Part shown: one piece after another, positions 53,309-61,298 of the stretch
Layout: each line of letters starts with the position of its first letter
Position numbering within the stretch: position 1 is the first letter of the stretch
NCBI GenBank assembly: GCA_005879945.1
Contig: VBHX01000184.1
Span: forward strand, 1-62,332
DNA length: 62,332 nt
Direction: 5' to 3'
Source of the DNA: Chloroflexota bacterium
GTDB lineage: Bacteria > Chloroflexota > Dormibacteria > Dormibacterales > Dormibacteraceae
The notes under the pieces: model-generated
Told to the model about the DNA's origin: nothing
Databases searched by the model: none
What the model saw: only the letters and a program-made list of their open reading frames with translations
Program-made: the position numbers and the translations under genes

Positions 53309-54702
53309 TGTCGGAAATGCCCTCAGAGTATTCGCGGGTCAACCTGTCGAGCGACCCGATCTACCGGTACCTGCGGATCACCAAAGGCGGGCCGGGCGGG
53401 GTGCCGGGGGCGTCGGCCGAGCAGGACCTTGTCGACAGCGCCTGGCTCCAGCGCCTCCGGCGCATCCACCAACTGCAGAGCGCCTGGTGGGTTTTCGCGA
53501 CCGCCGAGCACTCTCGCTTCCAGCACGCGCTCGGCGCGATGCACCTGGCCGGCGAGTGGGCGAGGCACCTTCACCCGACGCTGACCACCGCTTGCTCGGA
53601 CACGCCCTCGGTCGCCATGGTCGAGGAGACGATGCGGATGGCCGGCCTGCTCCATGACGTCGGGCATGGTCCATTCGGCCACTTCTTCGACGAGAACTAC
53701 CTCGATACATGGACGATCGACCACGAGGTCATCGGGCGCACCCTGATCACCGGCCCGCTTGGCGACCTGGTTCGCGGGCTCGGCGCGTCCCCCAACGCCG
53801 ACTTCGAGCCCGGCGAGCAAATCGATCCTCGCTGGGTCGCCTACCTCATCGCCGCCGACGAGCTCGACAGTTTCATCGCCCCCGCATGGCTGGCGGCGCT
53901 CAAGCCCGCGCTGGTCGGCGCGTACTCGGCGGACAACATGGACTACGTCCCTCGCGATTCCTATATATGTGGTGTCGCCACCGGCCCGGTCGACGTCCAG
54001 CGCATCCTTCACTATTCCTTTATCTCCGAGCGTGGCCTGACGCTCCACGCGCACGCCGCCGAGGCGCTCTACATGTTCCTGAACGCGCGCCTCTACCTTT
54101 ACCACCAGGTCTACTTCCACCGAACCGTCCGCCGAATCGACCTGCAGCTGCGGGAGGTGTTCCGCCCCACCGTCGAGCTTCTGCTCGGCGGCAACCCGCT
54201 CGACGGCCGGCTCGATGAGTACCTGATGTTCACCGAGTGGGCGCTGCTGTCAGAGGTCAACCGGTGGGCGCTGGGCGAGGGTGACGCCACCCAGCGGGAG
54301 CTGGGCACGGCATGGGCGGACGTGGTGGCGCGCAGACTCAAGTGGAGGCTCATCTACCAGGGCCAGGCCGATGCCCCGGATCAAGCGAGCTCGGCGCTGA
54401 GCGTGTCGCGCGACGAGTTCGCCGGCCTGCTGCGCGAGAGGCTTCCGGCCAACCTCCGGGACATCGAGTTCGAGGTCGACGTGGCCGCCCAGGAATCGCG
54501 CGCTTTCAACCCGATGAACGAGACCGCCGACATCCTGCTTTACGACCCACTCGAGGATCGCTACCAGCAGAGTCGCGTGCTCGACCTTTTCCGGCGGCTG
54601 CCCGTGCGCATGACGCTGTTCAGGATCTTCGCCCGCGACACGGAGCACAGCCGCGAGCTGATCAAAGCTGCCAACGAGGTGTTGACGCCGGCTTCTGCCT
54701 AG
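53308..54702 (+). CDS. HD-domain phosphohydrolase (COG1078 / SAMHD1-like dNTP triphosphohydrolase family)
   Basis: SDPIYRYLRIT...HSRFQHALGAMHLA...AGLLHDVGHGPFGHFFD...DNMDYVPRDSY. The ATG overlaps the upstream stop (TGATG). Confidence 0.82.
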   Translation: MSEMPSEYSRVNLSSDPIYRYLRITKGGPGGVPGASAEQDLVDSAWLQRLRRIHQLQSAWWVFATAEHSRFQHALGAMHLAGEWARHLHPTLTTACSDTPSVAMVEETMRMAGLLHDVGHGPFGHFFDENYLDTWTIDHEVIGRTLITGPLGDLVRGLGASPNADFEPGEQIDPRWVAYLIAADELDSFIAPAWLAALKPALVGAYSADNMDYVPRDSYICGVATGPVDVQRILHYSFISERGLTLHAHAAEALYMFLNARLYLYHQVYFHRTVRRIDLQLREVFRPTVELLLGGNPLDGRLDEYLMFTEWALLSEVNRWALGEGDATQRELGTAWADVVARRLKWRLIYQGQADAPDQASSALSVSRDEFAGLLRERLPANLRDIEFEVDVAAQESRAFNPMNETADILLYDPLEDRYQQSRVLDLFRRLPVRMTLFRIFARDTEHSRELIKAANEVLTPASA

Positions 54703-54959
54703 TAGTCGTCGTCGCCGCCGTCGAACCCGGAGTCGTCGTCGCCGCCAAAGTCGTGGTCGTGGTCGTGGCCCATGTCGTCGCCTCCGAAGTCGTCACCTCC
54801 GAAGTCGTCGCCGGAGCGCACGGTCGCGAACGTCGACACGAGCCGGCGCAGGGCCGGTTTGCCACAGTGCGGGCATACGGGGTCCGGCGATGCGAAGCTC
54901 GGGAGCAGCGCCGATGATCGCTTCCCGCATTCCTCGCACCGATACTCGTAGATCGGCAT
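54699..54959 (-). CDS. FmdB-family zinc-ribbon protein with an acidic DDFGG-repeat tail
   Basis: MPIYEYRCEECG...CPHCG, then GDDFGGDDFGGDDMGHDHDHDFGGDDDSGFDGGDDDY. Confidence 0.8.
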   Translation of the reverse strand: MPIYEYRCEECGKRSSALLPSFASPDPVCPHCGKPALRRLVSTFATVRSGDDFGGDDFGGDDMGHDHDHDFGGDDDSGFDGGDDDY

Positions 54960-54978
54960 CACTACCATTCTCCCTCAC

Positions 54979-55887
54979 GTGATCGAGCTGGATCGGATCC
55001 GCGCCGCCGCCACCCGCGCACGGCCGCACGTCTATCGCACGCCGCTGGTCCCGGTCGAAGGTGCGCTGCTCAAGCTCGAATGCCTCCAGCCGACCGGCAG
55101 CTTCAAGGTCCGAGGTTTCTTCGCGGCGGCGCTCGCGCTCTCAGACGAGCAGCGCCGCGGTGGCCTGATCACGGTCAGCGCCGGCAACGCCGCCCAGGCG
55201 TGCGCCTACGCCGCGCATACCCTGGGCGTGCGCTGCCGCGTCGTCATGTACGACACCGCTCCTCCGACCAAGATCGAGGGCGTCAAGCGATGGGGCGCCA
55301 CGCCGTTGCTCATGCCGCGGCCCGCGCTGCTTGACTGGCTCGCGAACCGCGGTTGGGAATCCGAGCCGGAAGCCTTCATCCATCCATTCGCGGACACCGA
55401 GGTGATGGCCGGTCATGGGAGCCTGGGGATCGAGCTCGTCGAGGACTTGCCGGATCTGGCCCGTGTGCTCATTCCCGTCGGCGGCGGCGGGCTGATCGGT
55501 GGCACTTCGTCCGCTATCAAGGGCTTGCGGCCGGACGTCGAGGTGATCGGGGTGCAGTCGGATGGCTATCCGCTGTGGACGCGCGTGCTCGAGGCGGGCG
55601 GCCCGGTTTCGATCCAGCCCGACACCATCGCCGACGGCACCACCGCGCCGTTCGACCCTCGCATGTTCGAGCTGATAAAAGAGGTCGTCGACCGCTGGCT
55701 CACCGTGCCGGAGCCGAGGCTGCGCGCCGCCATCCCGGAGCTGGCAGTCGCCGGCAAGGTGGTCGCGGAGGGCGCAGGGGCGCTGGCCTACGCCGCATTG
55801 GAGCAGGTGCCGCCGGGGCCGGTGACAGTGGCCGTGGTCAGCGGCGGCAACATCGACCCGAAGCTGCTCGCGAGCCTGCTCAGCTAG
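54979..55887 (+). CDS. PLP-dependent threonine/serine dehydratase-family enzyme (fold type II)
   Basis: LECLQPTGSFKVRGF (PLP lysine), VSAGNAAQA, GGGGLIGG. Confidence 0.85.
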   Translation: MIELDRIRAAATRARPHVYRTPLVPVEGALLKLECLQPTGSFKVRGFFAAALALSDEQRRGGLITVSAGNAAQACAYAAHTLGVRCRVVMYDTAPPTKIEGVKRWGATPLLMPRPALLDWLANRGWESEPEAFIHPFADTEVMAGHGSLGIELVEDLPDLARVLIPVGGGGLIGGTSSAIKGLRPDVEVIGVQSDGYPLWTRVLEAGGPVSIQPDTIADGTTAPFDPRMFELIKEVVDRWLTVPEPRLRAAIPELAVAGKVVAEGAGALAYAALEQVPPGPVTVAVVSGGNIDPKLLASLLS

Positions 55888-56593
55888 CCGGAGGCTGCAT
55901 CGCGGGCGCTGGCTGGTCGACCTTCTTGGCCATCGCCCACGGCCCGTAGCGGACCACGGCGATCAGCATCCAGATGAACAGAGCCGTGCCGAGTATCCCG
56001 AAGCCAATCGAGAGCCAGGCGAACCCGGGCGGCAGGTTGAACCCACTCAGAGTCGACCGTGCGGAAACGAGGGTGACGATGTTGTACGGAAGACCCAGGA
56101 CTCCCAGGCCGAGAAGCACCAGCACCACATAGAACATCCACGTCCATCGCTTGAGCGCGCCGATGATCGCGACTGTGGAGATTGCGAATCCGACTAATGC
56201 CGACACCCAGAGGATGCCTGACATCATCGAGGTCATTGTCGACACAAACTCGGGCGGTGGCGGCGAGACGTCGGGATTGAGCGAAGTCTGCCGTTGGATC
56301 GCCCGGTTCATCATGTCGGTCATCGGCCCCGACATCCACAGGGGGACGCTCAGGGCGAACAGGCCAGACACCCCATACCATGCCGCGACGGCGTACTGCA
56401 TCGGCTTCGTCCACGGTGTAGGCACGCGGGGCGTCGCTGGCGGTTGGTAGTAGGGTGCGGGCGGGGCCATGCCGCCTACCGGGACCCACGCCGAGCCGTT
56501 CCAGCGGAATCGGCCGTCGGGCGACAGAGTGGTGACCCACTGCCTGCCGTCCCAGTAGTACATGCCATCATCGGACAGCCTCAGCTCAGCCAC
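55880..56593 (-). CDS. 237-aa membrane protein, tandem paralogue 2 (N-terminal YWDGRQW / RWNGSAW double motif plus 4 TM spans)
   Basis: MAELRLSDDGMYYWDGRQWVTTLSPDGRFRWNGSAWVP..., ending with a TM core ...ALKRWTWMFYVV...VRYGPWA. Confidence 0.75.
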   Translation of the reverse strand: MAELRLSDDGMYYWDGRQWVTTLSPDGRFRWNGSAWVPVGGMAPPAPYYQPPATPRVPTPWTKPMQYAVAAWYGVSGLFALSVPLWMSGPMTDMMNRAIQRQTSLNPDVSPPPPEFVSTMTSMMSGILWVSALVGFAISTVAIIGALKRWTWMFYVVLVLLGLGVLGLPYNIVTLVSARSTLSGFNLPPGFAWLSIGFGILGTALFIWMLIAVVRYGPWAMAKKVDQPAPAMQPPAS

Positions 56594-56596
56594 GGG

Positions 56597-57310
56597 TCAG
56601 CTGGCCGGCACCGGCGGCACGACTGGCCAGTGGTATTCCTTCATCGTGGCCCACGGCCCATACCGAACCAACGCGATGACCATCCACACGAACAGCGCCG
56701 CGCTGGCGATGCCGTACAAGACCTGGAGCCACGACTCCCACGGTGCCACGCTGAGGATGCCCGGAGTTGTTGATCTCTCTATTGCGCCAATGAGATTGAA
56801 GGGAAGCCCAATCGTGCTAAGGCCCCCGAACACAAGCACGACATAGAAGATCCACGTCCAGCGCTTCAGCGCGCCGACGATGATGAGAACGCAAACCGCG
56901 ATGCCCATCAGCGCCCCGCCCCAGAACACAAAAGAGAAAAAGGATGCGACACCGTTCACCATTTGGGCCGGAGGCGGAGAAACGTTGGGATTCTGCGCAG
57001 CCGATTGCTGCAGCACCTGGTTGAAGATCTGCGACATCTCCGTGGACAGCAAGAACGCCAGGACGAGGAGATACACGATCGAGAGCGCGTTCAACGCTGT
57101 GACCGCGTTCTGCATGGGCTTTGTCCACGGCGTCGGCGCGCGGACCATTCTGCCCGGCTCCTGGGAGGCATAAGCGCCGATTGCCGTGCTCGCGTTCGGC
57201 ACCCACGCCGAGCCGTTCCAGCGGAAGCGGCCGTCGGGCGACAGTGTGGTGACCCATTGCCTGCCGTCCCAGTAGTGCAGGCCGTCTTCGGAGAGCCTCA
57301 GATCGACCAC
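56597..57310 (-). CDS. 237-aa membrane protein, tandem paralogue 1
   Basis: MVDLRLSEDGLHYWDGRQWVTTLSPDGRFRWNGSAWVP...ALKRWTWIFYVV...VRYGPWA. Same length as its neighbour, separated by a 3-nt spacer. Confidence 0.75.
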   Translation of the reverse strand: MVDLRLSEDGLHYWDGRQWVTTLSPDGRFRWNGSAWVPNASTAIGAYASQEPGRMVRAPTPWTKPMQNAVTALNALSIVYLLVLAFLLSTEMSQIFNQVLQQSAAQNPNVSPPPAQMVNGVASFFSFVFWGGALMGIAVCVLIIVGALKRWTWIFYVVLVFGGLSTIGLPFNLIGAIERSTTPGILSVAPWESWLQVLYGIASAALFVWMVIALVRYGPWATMKEYHWPVVPPVPAS

Positions 57311-57333
57311 TGTCTTACGTACTCTAAGCCCGC

Positions 57334-58863
57334 GTGAAAGCGGATCTGATCCTGGCGCGAGGCCGCATACGCACTCTTGGGCGAAGCGGCCTCGCCGTGC
57401 ACACCCACCTCGCGATCGCCGGCAACCTGGTCGTCGCGGTGGGCGGGGCCGAGGTGATGCGTCTGCGTGGACCGCGGACGCCAGTGGTCGAGCTCGGGGC
57501 CGGCGCCGTCCTGCCTGGGTTCAACGACGCACACGCGCATGTCGTCTACTACGGCCTCACCCGATTCGGCGCCGACCTCAGCGGCACGCGCAGCGTCGCC
57601 CAGATCGTGGAGCGCATGCGCGCTCATGCGAAAACGCTGGCGCCTGACGAGTGGCAGCAGGGGATAGGCTTCAGCGCGAAGGAGCTAGTCGAGGATCGCC
57701 CGCCTCACCGGCTGGAGTTGGACGAGGCCACCGGCCGCCGGCCCGCCTTCATCGACGAACGCGGCGGCCACGCCCGCGTCGCGAACTCGGCCGCGCTGGA
57801 AGCCGCCGGCATCACCGACATGACCAAGGACCCACCAGGCGGGCGCATCGGCCGCGACCGAGATTTGACACCCAACGGCCTCCTCCTGGAAGCAGCGATG
57901 AGGATGGTCGCGGACGTCCAGCCACCGCAGCCGATCAGCCGCCGCATACAGGGCATCCTCAAGACCCAACGGCTGCTCCTCTCGCGCGGCATCACCTCGG
58001 TCGGCGCCGCAGTGAACCGTGGGTTTGCGGACGACCTCGGCGCCTACGAGCGGCTCGCCGAACAAGGGCGCCTGAAGATCCGTGTCAACGAGTTTCTGTC
58101 GTGGGAGCTGCTGCAGGCGGCTTCGGGCCTGGGCGTGCGCGCCGGATTTGGTGGGGCGCTGCTGCGAGCGGGCCCAATCAAAGTCTTCGTCGATGGCGGG
58201 GCGGAGCGCGTGGCGATGCGCTCGGGCCGGGCGACGTGGCGCACGTCGCCGGCCGAGCTGCGCGAGCTGGTCGCCACCGCATCTCGTGCGGGCCTGCAGG
58301 TCGCCGCCCATGCAATCGGTGACGGCGCGATCGCGGCGATGTGCGACGCGGTGGAGGCAGCCGGGGTGCCCGGGCTTCGCCATCGCGTCGAGCACTGCAC
58401 GATCTGCCCGCCGGACCTTCAGCGCCGCCTCGCCCGCCTCGGCATGGTCGCGGTGATGCAGCCGATGGCGGCGCGGTTCGCGCAAGAGCCGTCCTCTCCG
58501 TTCGGAGCCCACGATCGCTGGAATCTGGCGGCGCACGGCCAACTGATCAAGGCCGGTGTTCCAGTTGCATTCAGCTCCGATCTCCCCGTCATGTCCGATC
58601 CCAACCCATGGCTGGGCATCCGCGCGGCGGTCGAGGATCGCATCAACGGCATCAACGAGTTCGCGGCCCTGCGTGCGTACACGTCTGCGGGCGCTTACTC
58701 GAGCTTCGAGGAGGACGTCAAGGGCACGCTCGATCCGGGCATGCTTGCCGACCTGCAGATATACGACACAGACCCGCTTGTGACTCCACGCGCTGCCTGG
58801 GATCGGCTGCGCCCGCGCGCGGTCCTTGTCGGCGGCGAGACGGTCTTCGGTTCTCTCGACTAG
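57334..58863 (+). CDS. Amidohydrolase-family (Amidohydro_3, TIM-barrel metal-dependent hydrolase) protein
   Basis: LPGFNDAHAHVVYYG (HxH), ...AAHAIGDGAI..., ...RVEHCT..., ...FSSDLPV. The TAG stop lies inside the IS target duplication. Confidence 0.85.
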   Translation: MKADLILARGRIRTLGRSGLAVHTHLAIAGNLVVAVGGAEVMRLRGPRTPVVELGAGAVLPGFNDAHAHVVYYGLTRFGADLSGTRSVAQIVERMRAHAKTLAPDEWQQGIGFSAKELVEDRPPHRLELDEATGRRPAFIDERGGHARVANSAALEAAGITDMTKDPPGGRIGRDRDLTPNGLLLEAAMRMVADVQPPQPISRRIQGILKTQRLLLSRGITSVGAAVNRGFADDLGAYERLAEQGRLKIRVNEFLSWELLQAASGLGVRAGFGGALLRAGPIKVFVDGGAERVAMRSGRATWRTSPAELRELVATASRAGLQVAAHAIGDGAIAAMCDAVEAAGVPGLRHRVEHCTICPPDLQRRLARLGMVAVMQPMAARFAQEPSSPFGAHDRWNLAAHGQLIKAGVPVAFSSDLPVMSDPNPWLGIRAAVEDRINGINEFAALRAYTSAGAYSSFEEDVKGTLDPGMLADLQIYDTDPLVTPRAAWDRLRPRAVLVGGETVFGSLD

Positions 58864-58864
58864 C
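58859..58864. repeat. Target-site duplication ACTAGC (left copy)
   Basis: Identical hexamer directly abutting both IS ends. It matches the NCTAGN target known for IS481-type elements. Confidence 0.8.
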
Positions 58865-58888
58865 TGTAGTTCGCGGGGTTTTTGAGAC
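58865..58888. repeat. IS481 terminal inverted repeat (left)
   Basis: TGTAGTTCGCGGGGTTTTTGAGAC. The first 11 nt are perfectly complementary to the right end, and the TGAGAC block matches again after a 1-nt gap. Confidence 0.8.
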
Positions 58889-58896
58889 TCCGTTCT

Positions 58897-60009
58897 CTAG
58901 GCCGCGCGCATGAGTTGGGCCAACCAATCTTGAAGGTGTTCGAGAGCGGGGATGTTCTCGAAGCCTCGGTCGGTGAACGGGGTTCCGTCGAAACGTTCGC
59001 CTGGGGTTAGCCAGCCGATGGCGCCAGAGAGGCGGTGGTAGTTGTAGTAAGCCGCAAAGCGGCTAAGAGCTTCCTCCGCCTCCTCGAGCGAGCGGAAGAC
59101 CTGGCGGTCCAAGACCTCAGCCTGTAGCAGCTTCCAAAAGCGTTCGATCTTGCCGTTGGTCCAAGGCGAGTTGATCTGAGTCCGAATGTGCCGGATAGCC
59201 ATTTCCTGGAGGGTCTTGCCGAACGCGGTCAGGACGCCTGGCATCCAGACAACAAACGGTGAACCGTTGTCGCTCATGACCGCCAATGGTTGCCCACAGA
59301 GTTCGATGCAGTCGCGAAGCCAGATCAAGATGGGCGCCAGCTGAGACGAGGTCTGAATCCGTAGCCCGAGTACATAGCGGGAGTGGTCGTCGACCAGCCC
59401 AACCAACCAAGTCTTCAGGTATCGGTGTTCGAGGAGCTGGATGAAGAAAGGGCCTTTGATGTCGATGTGCCAGAGCTCATTGGGCTGGCTGCGCTCGTAA
59501 CGTGGCCCAGCCTCCCGAGGCAAGGATGGACGCGCCGTACCAAAACGGTCGAAGAGGGCTTCAATCCAGGTCTCGCCAACGTCGGCGATCTGCCGCCGGC
59601 GCAACTCGGCGGATATCCGTTTCGAATTCCAATAGGTCAGTAAACGGACCGCGATGACGACCTGTTCAGTCCAGCCCGGGTAGCCGGCTGCCGGCACGCG
59701 CGGCCCCCGGCGAAGGGGACGCAACGCCTCCAAACCGCCGCGCTCGTGTGCTGATTGCCAACGGAAAAGACTGGCGCGACTGCATTCGCCAAGTGCCAGC
59801 GCGGCCGCAATGCCGTCCTCCCGAGCAACCCTCAGGACTCTCGCCCGTCGGCGAATTTCCGCCAGTTCGCTACGCTCCGCCAGCTGCTTGGGTGGGCGGC
59901 CACCGCGTGTCGCCAGGAATAAGAACCCAGGACCTTCCTGAAACGTATGCCTAATCCACCGTCGATGTGGATCTCTCGTATGCCCGTGGTCGACGACAAT
60001 CTGCTCCAT
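58897..60009 (-). CDS. IS481-family DDE transposase (rve integrase core)
   Basis: N-terminal HTH region, then WHIDIKGPF (D), VMSDNGSPF (D), SPWTNGKIERFW (E). No internal stops. Confidence 0.9.
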   Translation of the reverse strand: MEQIVVDHGHTRDPHRRWIRHTFQEGPGFLFLATRGGRPPKQLAERSELAEIRRRARVLRVAREDGIAAALALGECSRASLFRWQSAHERGGLEALRPLRRGPRVPAAGYPGWTEQVVIAVRLLTYWNSKRISAELRRRQIADVGETWIEALFDRFGTARPSLPREAGPRYERSQPNELWHIDIKGPFFIQLLEHRYLKTWLVGLVDDHSRYVLGLRIQTSSQLAPILIWLRDCIELCGQPLAVMSDNGSPFVVWMPGVLTAFGKTLQEMAIRHIRTQINSPWTNGKIERFWKLLQAEVLDRQVFRSLEEAEEALSRFAAYYNYHRLSGAIGWLTPGERFDGTPFTDRGFENIPALEHLQDWLAQLMRAA

Positions 60010-60032
60010 CGCCGGGCACCGTAACCCGGCCG

Positions 60033-60057
60033 GTCTCAGGAACTAGCGCGAACTACA
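60033..60057. repeat. IS481 terminal inverted repeat (right)
   Basis: GTCTCAGGAACTAGCGCGAACTACA is the reverse complement of TGTAGTTCGCGCTAGTTCCTGAGAC. Confidence 0.8.
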
Positions 60058-60063
60058 ACTAGC
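60058..60063. repeat. Target-site duplication ACTAGC (right copy)
   Basis: See the left copy. Confidence 0.8.
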
Positions 60064-60571
60064 CGGCCGGCTCCCGCGGTGAAGGGTCGGGGATCGCCAT
60101 CGACGGCGACTCCATCGTCGGCGGCGTCACTACCGCCGGCGCCGCTGTTCGCCGCCGGGAAGCAGCCCTCCGCGCCGGCGCAACTCGCGCCGGCGGTGTT
60201 GCGGGCTTCGCCGGGGTGGCGGCTTTGGAGGCTCTCTTGCGGGTAGCCGGCCGGCGCGCGGTCCGGCGCGCGGGCGTAGCCGGCGCGCCCGAGGACATCG
60301 AACGTGCGAGCTGTTGGACCTGCTTGCCGAGGTCGTCGAGGCGCTTCATCGCCTTCTCGAGGTCGACCTGGCTCGCGGTGCGATCGAGCCGCGTCCGTAG
60401 CTGCTTGATCGCGCCCTCGACCGTCTTCTGGCCGTCCTTGATACTGCGGTCGATCTGCTTGCGGACGTCTGGCGGCAGGCGCTTCTCGGCCTGACGCAGG
60501 TAAGACCTGCCGGCCTTCACGGCCCGGTTCAAGAATCTCGAACGTGATGAAGTGCGCTTCTTTTTCGCCAT
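60059..60571 (-). CDS. Phasin-like coiled-coil protein with a histone-H1-like A/K/P/R-rich tail (PhaF/PhaM-like architecture)
   Basis: Helical N-terminal ~95 aa (…KQIDRSIKDGQKTVEGAIKQLRTRLDRTASQVDLEKAMKRLDDLGKQVQQLA), then ATPARRTARRPATRKRASKAATPAKPATPPARVAPARR. It lies divergent from phaR. The stop is in the right TSD copy. Confidence 0.55.
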   Translation of the reverse strand: MAKKKRTSSRSRFLNRAVKAGRSYLRQAEKRLPPDVRKQIDRSIKDGQKTVEGAIKQLRTRLDRTASQVDLEKAMKRLDDLGKQVQQLARSMSSGAPATPARRTARRPATRKRASKAATPAKPATPPARVAPARRAASRRRTAAPAVVTPPTMESPSMAIPDPSPREPAG

Positions 60572-60635
60572 GCTCAACCTCCCCTTTTGACGCCATGCGG
60601 CCGGCCTTAACGCACCGCATTAGTATTGGTCCGAA

Positions 60636-61142
60636 GTGACGGTCGCCCCCGAACGACACCTTATCAAGAAGTATGCGAATCGCAAGCTCTACGACACGCA
60701 GACCAGTCGCTACATCACGCTCGAAGGAATCGCCGACCTGGTCCGCGACGGCCACGAGATCAGGGTCGTCGACCGGGACACGAGCCAGGACCTGACGCAG
60801 GTGATTCTTTCGCAGATCGTGCTGTCGGAGGAGAAGCGTGGACCGGCGCGCCTGGTCGACGCGGGCGCGGACGCGATTCATGAGCGCGGGCAGGCGCTGC
60901 TCGACTACGTTCGCAAGACGCTCAACGTGCCGGGCGACATCGTCAACCAGGTCGAGCGACGCCGCAGCGACCTCGAGTCGATGGTCGATGAGGCCATCGA
61001 GCGTGCGCTGCGAAGGCTTCGCATTCCCAGCCGCCATGACATAGACAGCCTCAATGAGCGCATCGACCGGCTCTCGGCGCAGATGAAGAAGATCAATTCA
61101 GACGGAGCGGCTAAGAGCCCGTCGCGTAAACCACGACCCTGA
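60636..61142 (+). CDS. phaR: Polyhydroxyalkanoate synthesis regulator PhaR
   Basis: LIKKYANRKLYDTQTSRYITLEGIADLVRDGHEIRVVDRDTSQDLTQVILSQIVLSEE is the PHB/PHA accumulation regulator DNA-binding domain. GTG start. Confidence 0.85.
   Translation: MTVAPERHLIKKYANRKLYDTQTSRYITLEGIADLVRDGHEIRVVDRDTSQDLTQVILSQIVLSEEKRGPARLVDAGADAIHERGQALLDYVRKTLNVPGDIVNQVERRRSDLESMVDEAIERALRRLRIPSRHDIDSLNERIDRLSAQMKKINSDGAAKSPSRKPRP
61111..61131. repeat. 21-bp perfect direct repeat CTAAGAGCCCGTCGCGTAAAC, copy 1 (inside the phaR 3' end)
   Basis: Exact match to 61306..61326, same orientation, 174-bp spacer. Confidence 0.9.
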
Positions 61143-61298
61143 CCAATCAGTCAAGCCAAGTCCAAGCGGAGCTTTGGGCCGGATTCATTCCGGCCGTCGC
61201 CTCGCGTGCACCTACAAGACGCCACCACAGTAGCCGAGGAGCAGAGGGTTACCTTTGGGGTCCCCACGCACCAGCGTGGGAGGGGGTTCTGCCCTTCC

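Larger units (their letters stand above)
58865..60057 (-). mobile_element. Intact IS481-family insertion sequence (1193 bp) with imperfect terminal inverted repeats and a 6-bp target-site duplication
   Basis: The ends are TGTAGTTCGCG... and ...CGCGAACTACA. The element contains a single DDE transposase ORF and is flanked by ACTAGC on both sides. Confidence 0.88.
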
